Shown here piece by piece: positions 1 through 13,000 of a DNA stretch of 64,000 nucleotides. The translations under genes were made by a program, and so were the position numbers. The notes under the pieces are model-generated. The model did not search any database, was not told where the DNA came from, and saw nothing but the letters and a program-made list of their open reading frames with translations. This DNA comes from Malacoraja senta (taxonomy: Eukaryota): positions 17,672,001-17,736,000 of the forward strand of contig CM075990.1 in the NCBI GenBank assembly GCA_038087875.1. The letters are read 5' to 3'. The stretch's first letter is position 1. Each line of letters begins with the position of its first letter.

Positions 1-579
1 AAATAAATTAGTTCCATACCAGCCTCTGCACCTTGCTTAAGCCACATGAAACTTCCAATCTCCCTTGCGATCGCAGGCTTCTCTTCCAAGTAGTCTTTCC
101 AGCTCCGCTAACTGTTTGTTTTGAAAGAGACTCGTTGTTGGGGATATATAGACAAGTATTGCGCTGTTTGAAGGAGATGAGGCAAGGCATGGATGATGTG
201 GGAACCCAGGGTGAATTCTTTCTTGTAGTTTTGCTGTTTTGCACAGTGACATGTGGTCTTAGTTAGAAGCAGAATTCAGTGGTCTCTGAGTAGAGTAATC
301 CCGAGCATCGTGGCCAAGGAAAGGCACTAACCAAGACCCGGCTACATTGCAGAGCAATAACGCACTGCTTCACATCCAATTAACCTACAACCCTGTACGT
401 CTTTGGAGTGTGGGAGGAAACCGAAGATCTCGGAGAAAATCCACACATTTCATGGGGAGAACGTACAAACTCTGTACAGACAGCACCCGTAGTCAGGATC
501 GAACCCGGTTTCCTGCTACTGTAACTGCTGCACCACCATGCCTCACGGTCTGTAAAAGTCAAATGGTTACATAGTTCCT

Positions 580-805
580 CTTAAGATAGACATAAAATGC
601 TGGAGCAACTCAGCAGTTCGGGCATCATCTCCGGAGATGCAGCCTGGCCCACTGAGTTACTCCAGTACTCTGTGAAACGTCACCTATCCATGTTCTCCAC
701 AGATGCTGCCTGACCCGCTGAGTTACTCCAGCACTCTGTGAAACGTCACCTATCCATGTTCTCCACAGATGCTGCCTGACCTGCTGAGTTACTCCAGCAC
801 TCTGG
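580..805 (+). mobile_element. PLE-terminus-derived short element with tandem 66-bp units
   Basis: tgtgaaacgtcacc.. recurs at 671 and 737; shares gctgagttactccagca with the family. Confidence 0.8.
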
Positions 806-1557
806 TGTGTGTTTTTTATTCGTAAGGACCGGGTACCTACCGTCTCTCTCGTGAGTGAAGGGTATTTCTCTCGCCCTCTGGACATCTCTCACAAGATAAG
901 GACCTGAGACAGTGGTCAATCGCTTAGCTCCTGAGTCACTATGACACATGCCACCGTGAGTCTGCCACAGGCCACCACTGCCCTTTACCAGTGTGAAGAT
1001 CAGACAAACATTATCCCGCTTTAACCAGCCAATAATATTTGCGACCTGTTGTTCTTAGCTGAGGATTTTGCGCTGAGTTGGCGATTTACCAAATCACAAA
1101 GTATTAGTCTTTTATCATAATTAGAACGGATCAGTTAAATTCAGGAAGTGATTACATTAATAACACAAACTAACTTGCCAAAGAACTGTGAACTCAGGCA
1201 GGGCTGCTTTACTCTGCAGCTCAAGTTATGAGCATGTGTTATCCTTGCAGCGTGCCTCATTAAACCATTCATTCAACTAAACATTATGTGGAATAACCAC
1301 TAATGCAGGGAGCCTCGAAATCTCCTCTCTCCTTTGAAGTGTAGATTCAGATTCCGTTCATTATTTAATGTTTATAACAATCTGTACAATTCTCGTTACC
1401 TTTTAATATTTGAAGAAATTTGGTATGTTGCTGAATATTCTATCAAACATCTTCATGTCTCAAAAAGGCAGCCAGCATCATCAGAGACCCACACCACCCT
1501 GGCCACGCTCTCATCTCGCTGCTACCATCGGGGGGAAGGTACAGAAGCTGTCTTGAA

Positions 1558-1840
1558 CCTGGAGAAACATGGATAGGTGACGTTTCACAGAGTGCTGGAG
1601 TAACTCAGCGGGTCAGGCAGCATCTGTGGAGAACATGGATAGGTGATGTTTCACAGAGTGCTGGAGTAACTCAGCGGGTCAGGCAGCATCTGTGGAGAAC
1701 ATGGATAGGTGACGTTTCGGGTCAGAAGGCTCCCAATCTGAAGCATCACCTATCCATGTTCTCCAGAGATGCTGCCTGACCCATTGAGTTATTCCAACTA
1801 TGTCGTTTTTGGTAAACTAGCATCTACAGTTCCTCATGTC
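1558..1840 (-). mobile_element. PLE-terminus-derived short element, 66-bp tandem units plus inverted arm
   Basis: agtgctggagtaactcagcggg at 1591 and 1657; reverse complement of the 640-805 array. Confidence 0.8.
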
Positions 1841-2654
1841 ACAGACTTTATGACTAATAGGAGTCAGTTACAGAGCTAGCCCATTGTACAACCACTTTCA
1901 GTGCTTGAGGATTTCCTTCACCAAGATGATGTCTTCTGTTAAATGGGGAAACTGAGCCGTAAGACCAAACCTTAGGCACCTCAATGGCTCTTCCACATAC
2001 ACAGAGAACAATTGTTCCTTTCTCCCTTCTGAAGAGTGAGTGCAGGTGCAACCTGTCAATGCAGCATGTCAGTAGCTCGAAGTGTAGTCTGGCCATGTTG
2101 TACGTCTGATGACCAGTCACCAGCGGCCTTGTGTAGAGACAAGCTTCCTCTCACACAGTCTAGGCTCTGCAAACACAATGGGTCAGGCCAGGAAACAGTG
2201 TTCAAGCTGCCTCGTCAATAATCTGTTTTAATAATATGCAGCGCCTGGTTTTCATTATTGTTCCTCTCACTGACTTTCAAAGGAAATTAAATCATTCCCC
2301 AATTAGTAGCACACCAGGCTCTGTTGTAATCGCTCTGCTTTGTTCCATTAGTGATCAACCAGACTTTCACCCCTCTGCTGACTGAAACTCAGGAGCAGGT
2401 CTGATGGTTTCACTCTAATCCTGGTCACAGAGACCTTCACTGGGTTAGAGTCATACAGCCAGGAAACTGGCCCTTCGGCCCAACTCGGCTATGCTGACCG
2501 AGATACCCCATCTAAACTGGTACTTGCCTATGTTTGGCCCATACCTCTCTAGACCTTTCCCATCCAAATGTCTTTTAAATGTTGCTATAGTACCTGCCTA
2601 AACCACGTCATCTGGCAGCTCGTTCCATACAACCCATCATCCTTCAGTTTATTC

Positions 2655-2852
2655 AGTGGGACAGGCAGCATCTCTGGAGAGAAGGAGTGGGTGACGTTTT
2701 GGTTCGAGACCCTTCTGAAGTCTGAAGAAGGGTCTTGACCCAAAACGTCACCTATTCCTTCTCACCAGAGATGCTGCCTGTCCCCGCTGAGTTACTCCAG
2801 CATTTTGTGTCTATCTTCAGCGTAAACCAGCATCTGCAGTTCCTTCCTACAC
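2655..2852. mobile_element. Palindromic PLE-derived short element (hammerhead core mutated GAAA>AAAA)
   Basis: Inverted arms around tctgaagaagggtcttgaccc. Further family copies (approximate): 12580-12700, 13420-13517, 19435-19560, 21263-21460, 23835-24020, 24180-24540, 26701-26766, 34712-34920, 35090-35140, 36780-36860, 39708-39800, 46712-46805, 47805-47890, 48020-48160, 51085-51230, 55385-55482, 58500-58670, 60408-60582, 63563-63665. Confidence 0.8.
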
Positions 2853-4179
2853 CATTTAGCTTAGTTTTAGTTTAGAGATATAGAGAGGAAACAGGTCCTT
2901 CGGCCCATCGAATCCACACTGACCAGCGATCCCCATGCACTCTGAGTGGAAACATTGGCCTTATCTCCCTGGTGGACTTCGGAAGGGCAGGATACATTGG
3001 GACGGGCCGGAGCGATGCTGTCTTCTCAGAGGCTGGCAGCCAGGCAGAGATACTGAGGGCAAGGCTGAGTCTGGTGAACGGGGAAGGTTCAGGGGGGGAT
3101 AACAGCAACATCAGTCAGCTGTAATATTTCTGAAATCAATTCCCATGGATTGAGATTGGAAACAAGACAGCGAATAACCTGTGCAGTAACAGGCAAACAT
3201 AAACTATAAGAAAAGCACTTTGGACTAAACAATTCATATATTCAGTATCTGTAACAAATGCCCCTAAGCTAGCATTGTAAAACTCTAGCTATTCAGTGGG
3301 ATTGTAAGTCAGTAGAATGGAAAATATCCTTCAACGCACAGCTTCTAAATAATCTGAATTTTCCAATTAATAATTCACAAAGTTATTTGTCTTTCTATTC
3401 TGAACACAACATGTTTGCGTTCAGGCTGTTTGCCACAGAGCCGCTGCATATTCATGCACAGTGCCATGAAGGTGGAATTTACCCTTGTTATCCAAGCTTT
3501 CACATGCTGGCTATTTTCTGGTGCTTAATTCCCCGTAAGTACCCAGGTTGTGTTCAGCATCAGCAGGCAAGTGCAAACCCAATGTCCCCTCATGCATTAC
3601 AGATGAGGGGAAATTTCCACCTCCCCACCAATGCTTCTGACAACATCATCCACCTTCTACTCTGCACGCCAGTCAGTCACACGCATCCAGTTTATCATTA
3701 ACCCTGTAGCAAATTATTCATCGTACCTGAACGTACTAAACCAGACTTTTGATTTAAATTAACATCTATCCAGTTAGATAGTTAGTAAGAAACTGAGGTA
3801 CTTGAGTCATAGTGTCATGGAGCATGGAAACGAGCCCTTCAGCCCAACTCGCCCATGCCGACCAATATGCCCCATCTACGCTCATCCCATTTGCCTGCAT
3901 TGGGCCCATATCCTTTCCTAACTACAGTATGTACCTGTCCAAGTGCATTTATTAAATTCCAATACAATACCTGCCTCAACTACTTCCTCTGGCAGCTTGT
4001 TCCATTTACTAGTTAATATCAGTTCATGCTTCCCTGAATAAAGCCATTGGCCAATATAAATCTGAAGTTTCCACCTTCTTTATTTCTTGACACTCAACAC
4101 TCATTTGACAATTTAATAAGTGTTGCAGTTTTCAAGTGAAGTTCTCCCCTCAGCCTTTCTTTCAACCCATGTCCATAGG

Positions 4180-4690
4180 CAGAGGTTGAATAGGCTGGGA
4201 CTCTATTCCCTGGAGCGCAGGAGGATGAGGGGTGATCTTATAGAGGTGTATAAAATCATGAGAGGAATAGATCGGATAGATACACAGTCTCTTGCCCAGA
4301 GTAGGTGAATCGAGGACCAGAGGACATAGGTTTAAGGTGAAGGGGTAAAGAGTTAATAGGAATCCGAGGAGTAACTTTTTCACACAAAGGGTAGTGGGTG
4401 TATGGAACCAGCTGCTGGAGGAGGTAGTTGACACAAGGACTATCCCATCATTTAAGAAACAGTTAGACAGGTACATGGATAGGACAGGTTTGGAGGAATA
4501 TGGACCAAACGCAGGCAGGTGTGACTAGTGTAGCTGGGACATATTGGCTGGTGTGGGCAAGTTGGGCCGAAGGGCCTGTTTCCACACTGTACCACTCTAT
4601 GACTAGTGTAGCTGGGTCATGTTGGCTAGTATGGGCAAGTTGGGCCAAAGGGCCTGTTTCTACACTGTACCACTCTATGACTATGACTCA
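4180..4690 (+). mobile_element. CR1/HER1 3' fragment with a duplicated 78-bp terminus
   Basis: RLGLYSLERRRMRGDLIEVYKIMRG; tgactagtgtagctggg at 4522 and 4600. Other CR1 3' fragments (approximate): 2445-2640(-), 3800-4005(-), 4955-5330, 6190-6570, 9885-10350(-), 16750-17110, 28765-29005(-), 38355-38850(-), 43880-44195, 47270-47640, 50150-50400(-), 53355-53625(-), 58020-58450(-). Confidence 0.88.
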
Positions 4691-5434
4691 ACTTTGAGTT
4701 TGGTTCTGCTGACCTTCATGTCCACGCTGCACCCAGACTGGGGACTGGAGCTGACCTGACACGGTGTTGGCACAGTAACATACCCTGCCCTAGCAAACAC
4801 TGCAGGATGGCAGCACAGAGCCAAGGCTTGCTCCCATGGTCAAGCACAAGCCATAGACCCAATGTCTACACTGAGCCAAACCTCAGCAACCACGATCGCC
4901 TACAGTCTTTGGTTACATGACGATCTGCAGCTTGTACTGCTAGACAAGATCTAATACTAGAGGGTAGAGCTTTAAGGTGAGAGGGGCAAAGTTTAAAGGA
5001 GATGCTTAAAGAATCAATCCTTGAGTAGTACGGGTGTCAGGGGTTATGGGGAGAAGGCAGGAGAATGGGGTTAAGAGGGAAAGATAAATCAGCCATGATT
5101 GAATGGCAGAATAGACTTGATGGGCTGAATGGCCTAATTCTTCTCCCATCTCTTATGAATATGTGCAGGACATCATTGTTACATAGAGGGTAGTGATTTC
5201 CTGGCTCGCCCTGCTGGGGGCGGTAGCAGAGACAGATACCATTGTGGTGTTTAGAGACGTTTGATGGGTATATGGATATTTAGGGAATGGAGGGATACAG
5301 GATATGTGGAGGCAGATAAGAGATGGTCGTGAATTATGTTGGACACATGATCTCTACAGATGCTGCTCAGGCCTGGTGTGTCCCCCCACCGGTTTGTTTC
5401 TCCTCCTCCTTTGCCAAGTCTCCAATACATGGTC

Positions 5435-5634
5435 NNNNNNNNNNNNNNNNNNNNNNNNNNNNNNNNNNNNNNNNNNNNNNNNNNNNNNNNNNNNNNNNNN
5501 NNNNNNNNNNNNNNNNNNNNNNNNNNNNNNNNNNNNNNNNNNNNNNNNNNNNNNNNNNNNNNNNNNNNNNNNNNNNNNNNNNNNNNNNNNNNNNNNNNNN
5601 NNNNNNNNNNNNNNNNNNNNNNNNNNNNNNNNNN
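5435..5634. other. Assembly gap (200 N)
   Basis: Run of exactly 200 N, a placeholder for unknown length. Confidence 0.99.
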
Positions 5635-6644
5635 GCAGAATTTCTGGAGATAAGGAATGGGTGACGTTTCGGGTTGAGACCCTTCATGGCGAGATTCTGC
5701 CTCAGACCCCAAGTGCACTTGTTGGACAATTTTAACAAATTAGTTTTCTTTTTGCCCTTTGTCTGATCTTTTCCTTTGCAAATGAACATAAACTCTACAG
5801 GAATCCAGGAACATATTATAAACTATCTTTTAAAAATATAATGTTAAATATAATCTTTCATGTTGGAACTTGATACAGCTTTGTTAATAGAGTTTAACAC
5901 TAACCAAGTATATTAATCAGGGTCCAGCCCACATCACTGGCTAACCAGGGTTCTGGGGTGAACAAAGATTTGCTTTGGTTAACCACTGCTGAGCTCTGTA
6001 TCGATGTATTCACTTCCTGTGCAAGTTACAGAGTATTTTATTTTGGTCTTGTACGCAAACATTAAGTTAAATGGCACTGTCAATGTGCAACTTGTTGCAA
6101 TTAGTAAAAATCCCCATGGTGATTCATGTAATCGAGGGTCCTGATCAATTAGGGGCAGGGCTCTCCCTGCAAGGTGTTCCTGAAACCAAGCAGATACAAG
6201 GAAGCCGTGCTGAGACTCTATAGGCCGCTGGAGAATGTGAGCAGTTTTGAGCCACATATCTGAGTTTAGAAACATGAGGGGAAATCTCATTGAAACCTGC
6301 TGAATAGTGAAAAGCCTGGATAGAGTGAATGTGGAGAGGATGTTTACACTAATGGGAGAGTCTAGGACCAGAGACCATAACCTCAGAATTAAAGGATGTT
6401 CCTTTTGGAAGGAGATGAGGAAGAATTTTTTTAGAGGGCGGTGAATCTGTGGAATTCATGCCACAGACGGCTGTGGAGGCCAAGTTAATGGATATTTAAA
6501 AAACAGAGATTGACAGTTTCGTGATTAGTAAAGGTGTCAAGGGTTGCGGGGAGAAGGCAGGAGAATGGAGTTGACTGGAACTGGTTGGCTGGCGATGGAA
6601 TTGGAGAGGTGCCCTGTTGATGAATGAGTGGAGGAGATTTGTCA

Positions 6645-6832
6645 GTGTCTCCTGTTCCGTGTTTCCAGGTCCATGTTTCCTGGTCCGTGTGCCCTGGTCC
6701 GTGTGCCCTGATCCGTGTTTCCAGGTCCATGTGCCCTGATCCGTGTCACTGTTCCATGTGCCCTGATCCGTGTTTCCAGGTCCATGTGCCCTGGTCCATG
6801 TTTCCAGGTCCGTGTGCCCTGGTCCGTGTGCC
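6645..6832. repeat. Minisatellite, about 14-bp unit (TCCRTGTKYCCWGG)
   Basis: Direct tandem periodicity upstream of ADAM8-like exon 6902. Confidence 0.9.
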
Positions 6833-6901
6833 GCGGCTCGTGCACCTCGTGGCGTGTCTTCTGCGTGTGATTACGTGACGTGATCTGTTGTTCCCATGCA
6901 G

Positions 6902-7097
6902 TTCCGTGCAGCAGGTGAGACGTGCAGAGCTGCTCACCATGACTGCGACCTCACCGACTACTGCGACGGGCAGAGCAGCCAATGCCCAGATGATGCCTTC
7001 GCCATGAACGGCTCTCCCTGCAGCGGTGGCCAGGGCTACTGCTACAACGGCCAGTGCCCCATGCATCAGCAGCAGTGCAGCGCCCTGTGGGGACCAG
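6902..7097 (+). CDS. ADAM8: ADAM8-like exon: disintegrin loop / start of Cys-rich domain
   Basis: cag|TTC..CCAG|gtaatg; FRAAGETCRAAHHDCDLTDYCDGQSSQCPDDAFAMNGSPCSGGQGYCYNGQCPMHQQQCSALWGP. Confidence 0.95.
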
Positions 7098-10000
7098 GTA
7101 ATGCATGTGTGGGTGGGAGGCCAGCGTGGTGCATGCATCCACTCACGTGTGGACACCCCTATTTGCATGGACACTCCAGGCTGAATTATCACCCACACCC
7201 TCGTGCCGATTGACATATTGATGTGGGTTTAGTGTATTTATTGTAACGTGCACAGAAATACGATGAAACTTTGTTCTGGGTGCTATCCAATCAAATCATA
7301 CTGCACATGAGTACCACAGATCCTTTTAGATTTTTAGATACAGCACAGAAACAGGCCCTTCGGCCCACCAAGTCCACGCTGACCATCAATCACTCGTTCA
7401 CTAGGGAGTGGAGGATCTGAGTGGACAGCCCACGGTCAGACTGAAGGGCAGAACAGGTTTGAGGGGCTGAGTGGCCGTTTGTGCTGCTTGTGATATTGAC
7501 TCTGTGCCCAGTGATAGTTGTGCCTGCTTGTGGAGGGCCAGTGAAGCAGAGACATCTGGAACCAAGGCTGGGCATGTTGGGGTTCCCGAGTGTTCACCCC
7601 AGACTGCTGCTTACACTTCATCTCGTTAACCAGTCTGGTTTGTTACATAACATTAAATGCCTTGTACTAGAAATTAAAGAAAAACATTAAAATAGAAACT
7701 AAACACATCTTTTCAATCTAAATTGGCAATAGCGAAGGGGACAGATGTGAACAATATCTGTTCAGGAGGTCGGGGTATTCCAGGTGTGGAGCAGGAGGTC
7801 TCACCTTTGACCTCGTTCCCAACCTCAATGTCGCCACGTGCATGGCCTGGTGTTGATCAGTGCCAGATGTTCTAGGACAAGGCCAGATGTTCTAGGACAG
7901 GGCCAGATGTTCTAGGCCCATGCCAGATGTTCTAGGACAGTGCCAGATATTCTAGGGCCGTGCCAGATGTTCCAGGGCAGGGCCAGATGTTCCAGGGCAG
8001 TGCCAGATGTTCTAGGACAGGGCCAGATGTTCAAAGGCAGGGCCAGATGTACCAGGGCAGGGCCAGATGTGCCAGAAAACCATCACCGATTCTTGCAGCA
8101 AGCTCCACTCCGCTGTCTCCATCTGTAACGTCGGGCTGCAGTTATGACGCTACTGAATGTGGATTATCTCCTGATGTTTACAGATGCAACAGTGGCTCCA
8201 AACCTCTGCTTCCAGCAGAATGAGATAGGAAACAAGTACCTTTATTGCAGAGCAACCAGCTACGGTCCTGAAGCCTGTCGGACAAAGTAAGCATGAAGCA
8301 GCTGGGTTGAGACAGATGTATGAAACAGCAGTAAGCATGAACCAACTACTGTGTACTAACCCCCCCCCCCCCCAGCTGCATGCAGTTGTTGAACACTTCC
8401 ATCCAATGCTCTAGTGTTTAGAGATGCAGCACATAAACAGGCCCTTTGGCTCACCGAGTCCATACTGACCAGCGATCCCCACACACTTATGCTATCCTAC
8501 ATACTGGGGCCAATTTACATTCATACCAAGCGAATTAGCCTACAAACCCGCATGACTTTGGAGTGTGGGAGGAAACCAGAGATCCCGGAGAAAACCCATG
8601 CGGGTCACAGGGAGAACGTTCAAACTCCACACAGACAGCACCTGTAGTCAGGATGGAACCCGGGACTCTGGTGCTGTGAGGCAGCAACTCTACTGCTGCA
8701 CCACCATGCTGTCCCTGGTGCATTAACGCCGCGTCAACAACCATGCACCTGACCACTGCCTGCATGTCCCTATGCCATGATCCCATTTCAGGAAATCTTT
8801 TAAAACTGTTGACAGGAAACAAGCCTAAATTCGAGAGGTAGATTAGTTAGTGACGGAGATAACACGAGAAATCAGCATCTTCTGTAGTGTGATAATTCAA
8901 GATTTTTTTTGCAGAGACATAAAATGTGGTAAAATGCACTGTGTTGGAGGAAACAAGTTTCCCATAACTCAAGCGAAGTATGAAGTGGAACTGAACCACA
9001 ACCTCCTGTGTAAGATCGCAACGCTGAATGACCAGAGCACTGGTGTGGCTGACCCTGGGCACGTGGCCACCGGCACCAAATGTGGAGATGAGATGGTGAG
9101 GGACTAACGGCTGGTGTCATGAGCAATCAAGGTTACGGGCCCTGGTTACAGGCCCCGGTTACAGGGCCCCAGTTACAGGCCCTGGTTACAGGCCCCAATT
9201 ACAGGCCCCAATTACAGGCCCCAGTTACATGCCCCAGTTACAGGGCCCCGGTCACTGGCCCCCAATTACAGGCCCTGGCTTCAGGCCCCAGTTACAGGGC
9301 CCCGGTTACAGGGCCCCGGTTACAGGGCCCCGTCACAGGCCCCGGTTATGGGGCCCCGGTTATGGGGCCCCGGTTACAGGCACGGTTACAGGCGCTGGTT
9401 ACAGGCCCCACACAGGCCCCGGTTACAGGGCCCCGGTTACAGGCCCCAGTTACAGGCCGCGGTTACAGGCACTGGTTACAGGCCCCAGTTACAGGCCCTG
9501 GTTACAGGGGCTCATTACAGGAACGTTACAGGGCGGTTACACCACACTGTGTAAACTGGCTGCTGGGATTGTTTTTACTCTGGACATAACAAGTCTGATC
9601 CTGCATTAAGTGTGATCTATTTCATCAACAGGTCTGTTATGATGGTCAGTGCCAGAGTTTCCTGCTGTACGGATCACGGAATTGTTCCAGGAAATGCAAC
9701 AGCCATGGGGTAGGCAGCTGGGCATCAGTACAAGCGACCGTCAGGGTTTGCTGCTACGGGGAGCTGTACCAATCCCTTCACATCCTGAAGGGTTGGAAAA
9801 AAAATTCTCATTGACTAAAGGATGAGTAACAAATGATCGCGGAATGAAGATTTGTTTTTACTCCACGTCTATGATATTTTAACATGGAGTCACATAGCAC
9901 GGAAACAGGCCAGTCGCACACACTGCTGACCAAGATGCCCCATCCACACCTGTCCCATTTCCCCACATCTGGCCCGTATCCACCTGAACCATTCCCATCC

Positions 10001-13000
10001 ATGTACGTCCAAGTCTCTCTTAAATGTTGTGATAGTCCCTGCCTCAACTGCCTCCACTTCTGGCAGCTTGTTCCATACACCCACCACCCTCTTTGTGGAA
10101 AACATTGCCCCTCAGGTTCCTATTAAACCTTTCACCCTCTCACCTTCAACCTGTGTCCTCTGGTTCACTGATTCATAGACTGTGTGTGTTCACCCATTCT
10201 GTTCCCCTTGTGATTTTGTACACCTCTATAAGACATGATTCCTCTCCAAGGAATAAAGTCCCAGCCTGCTCAACCTCTCCCTATAGCTCAGGCACCTCGA
10301 GTCTCGGCAACATCCTCGTAAACGATCTCTGCACTCTATCCAGCTTGAAAATGTTTAGTATTCAATCTGCTTTCTTCAATCTTTTGGCGAATTCTCTGGG
10401 TGGAACAGGTGTTGTTGTTCTTCAGAGAGAGTGCAGGGATGTGGTGCTGCTAAAGGTCCTGGCCACTGCTCCAGCGCAGCAACAACTATGCACTGGGGAA
10501 CTGCACATCGACTCTGCGGATGGGTCTGAATGTGTGCAGTGCATGGGGACATGCGCTGAGAGCAGCATGTGTGGCGTCAAGGTGCTGCGCGACTGCATAA
10601 CGTGTCGGGCATTTCACACGGGGGGTTATTCTCCTCCATTTATTCCATGTTAATCCCAATGTTGCTGATTGTCTTGTTTTGAAGGTTTGCAACCACCAGG
10701 GAGACTGTCACTGTGACCCAGGCTGGGCAAAGCCAGACTGTGCCATGCGGAAGGATGGCCTACCAGGTAGGAATCCAGCCACCACTGGCTGTACCTCAAC
10801 CATACGTACTATCCCTCCTAGCACTAGCTTCCCACACTCACACAAGGACTAGGCAGTCACTGTGTCATTGAGATGTACAGCATGGGAACAGGCCATTCGG
10901 CCCACCATGTGCACGCCAACCAAACTTCTAGATTAGTGCAGGTGTTAAAGATTACAGGGAGAAGGCAGGAGAATGGGAAAAGTAGATCAGCCATGATTGA
11001 ATGGCAGAGTGGACTCAATGGGCTGAATGGCCTAATTCTGTTCCTATGACGGTCACCCATCGCATTAACCCCATCTTCCAGCACCTGGACCCTGGATCTC
11101 ACTCCCTAGGGATTCAAGTGTTTATTGAGACACATCTTAAGCAGAGTGAGGACTCTGTTCCACCAGGCTAATGTTACCATTGACACCAGTAGTATCCTGT
11201 CATGTGGATTGTTTCATGGCTGATCGCTGTGTGACTCTGATCTTGGCACCACGTTATGAGTAGCCTGATGGGGATTCGGTATCTGACGACTGGTTCAATG
11301 CTTGAATGTGAATGGGGAGTGAAGGGGCAAACCAGCTGTTCATGGCGTAATCTGGTAACATACCAAAGAAAAATACTCCTTGCCCACTAGCTTAGTCCGT
11401 GTTGTCTCTAGCCAACGTTCAGTGAATATTTTCCCTGCTTCCCTCGTTTTTAGATGATTGGAAGTCCATCCCATGCGAAGCCGCAGTTGATTTAGTGTTG
11501 TCTTGCCACATGTGGACAGTTGCATTATGTATGTACTCGCTCTCAAGAAACACCAGCAGGTTTTGTCATGGGGCTTGGAGCTTTGAGGAATGGCATTGAT
11601 CTCACACTCTGCTCTGCCTGTACAGTTTCAACAGCTGATGTGGTCAACTTGAGTTCATTTGTAGTTTTCCTTCCAGTGAGCGATGGAGTGACAATCATTG
11701 TCGTCTGGGCGTTGGTGCCTTTCTTCGTTCTACTCATTCTCATTAGTGGCGGACTTCTATATTACAAAGGATGCTTAATGAAGAAATATATCAAAAAAAT
11801 GTGAGTACTGATTTGTTTCCCCAAATTATCCCCATGTTATTGGATATTTTAACAATACATAATTTACGTTTAATATCGCTCAGTAATTTGGAGATTTTGT
11901 GGACGCATGCAATTCGAAGAAGCCAGCAGTACTTTTCTGGTATTATGAATACTTAATCCAATGTATCCATTTGAAGAACATCCAGGCTCACGCGCACATT
12001 CCCACATTCCCACATCCCACAAATGGCAGCTGACTGACCTTATACCTCTTGTGTTTCTCTGCACCCCCCAGACAACATCAATGGCACAGAACTCTGCTGA
12101 TCTCTGTTTTGAATGAACAGTGACTGTTCCTCTGCCGTCTTACTGGTTACAAAATCCCAAAGATCCCACCAGAACAATCTGTAATGAGCTGGGAATTGAG
12201 TTGAAACTAAAAGCTACACTTGAATTGTGATCAGAAGGCTTGGTTGAATCAGTAATAATCCAGAGATACTGAAGCAAATGTGGTCATCTTTGTTTCTCCA
12301 CTCTACCAGGAGAACAAAATACATATATTGGTTTTTTTAAATCTGTGGTTAATCTACAGGAAGTGAGTTCTGAAATTAAAAGTACATGCAAACAGGAATG
12401 AAATCCATGACTAACCACTGTGGTCACATGCACTCACTTTGGTACAATTCAGTAGAAGCTTCCTTGGTACAGCGTTAGATTTATTTTATATGTGAACATT
12501 TGAGCGTCGACCTCATCTGAAATTGCACACCTTCATTCAACAAAGTTTGGGACAAAGTTGGAAATTTCCAAACAATTCCTGGGTTGGAAAGAACTGCAGA
12601 TGCCGGTTTAAATCGAAGGTAGACATAAAATGCTGGAGTAACTCAGCGGGACAGGCAGCATCTCTGGAGAGAAGGAATGGGTGATGTTTCGGGTTCTTAA
12701 TACCTGGGTTACTATAAATTGTTCCGGTGAGATATTGGGATTTTGCAGCCAATCAGGTTGTATGGGCTTAGTCATCCAAAATGGACATTGATGGAATTCT
12801 GGCCTATCAGGGTGTGGAACCTCAGGGTAGGGGGGGGGGGGGGGGTCGTACAGAGACACGTCAAGGCTGTGATATTGTGCTCAAGAGCCTGAGGCATGTA
12901 CACTGCTGTTTTCATGCCTGACTCTGCAGGTAGACCCCAGAGCCTGTAAACCCTCCAGAACACAGCACGCCCCGTCCGTTTGTCCTTTGTCCTGTAGAAG

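Noticed and set aside
8..244. P-loop-like SGAGKTT in a minus-strand ORF
   Set aside because: No preceding hydrophobic strand or other NTPase motifs; the ORF stops soon after; probably chance.
5251..5789. ORFs spanning the N run
   Set aside because: Their length is due to the assembly gap.
9119..9609. Repetitive QAPVTGP ORFs
   Set aside because: Minisatellite inside a well-defined ADAM8-like intron.
6902..11800. Assignment as ADAM28, ADAM9 or a venom metalloproteinase
   Set aside because: A TM exon plus tail motifs NPMF and KVALKPP fit ADAM8 better; phylogeny is still needed for certainty.
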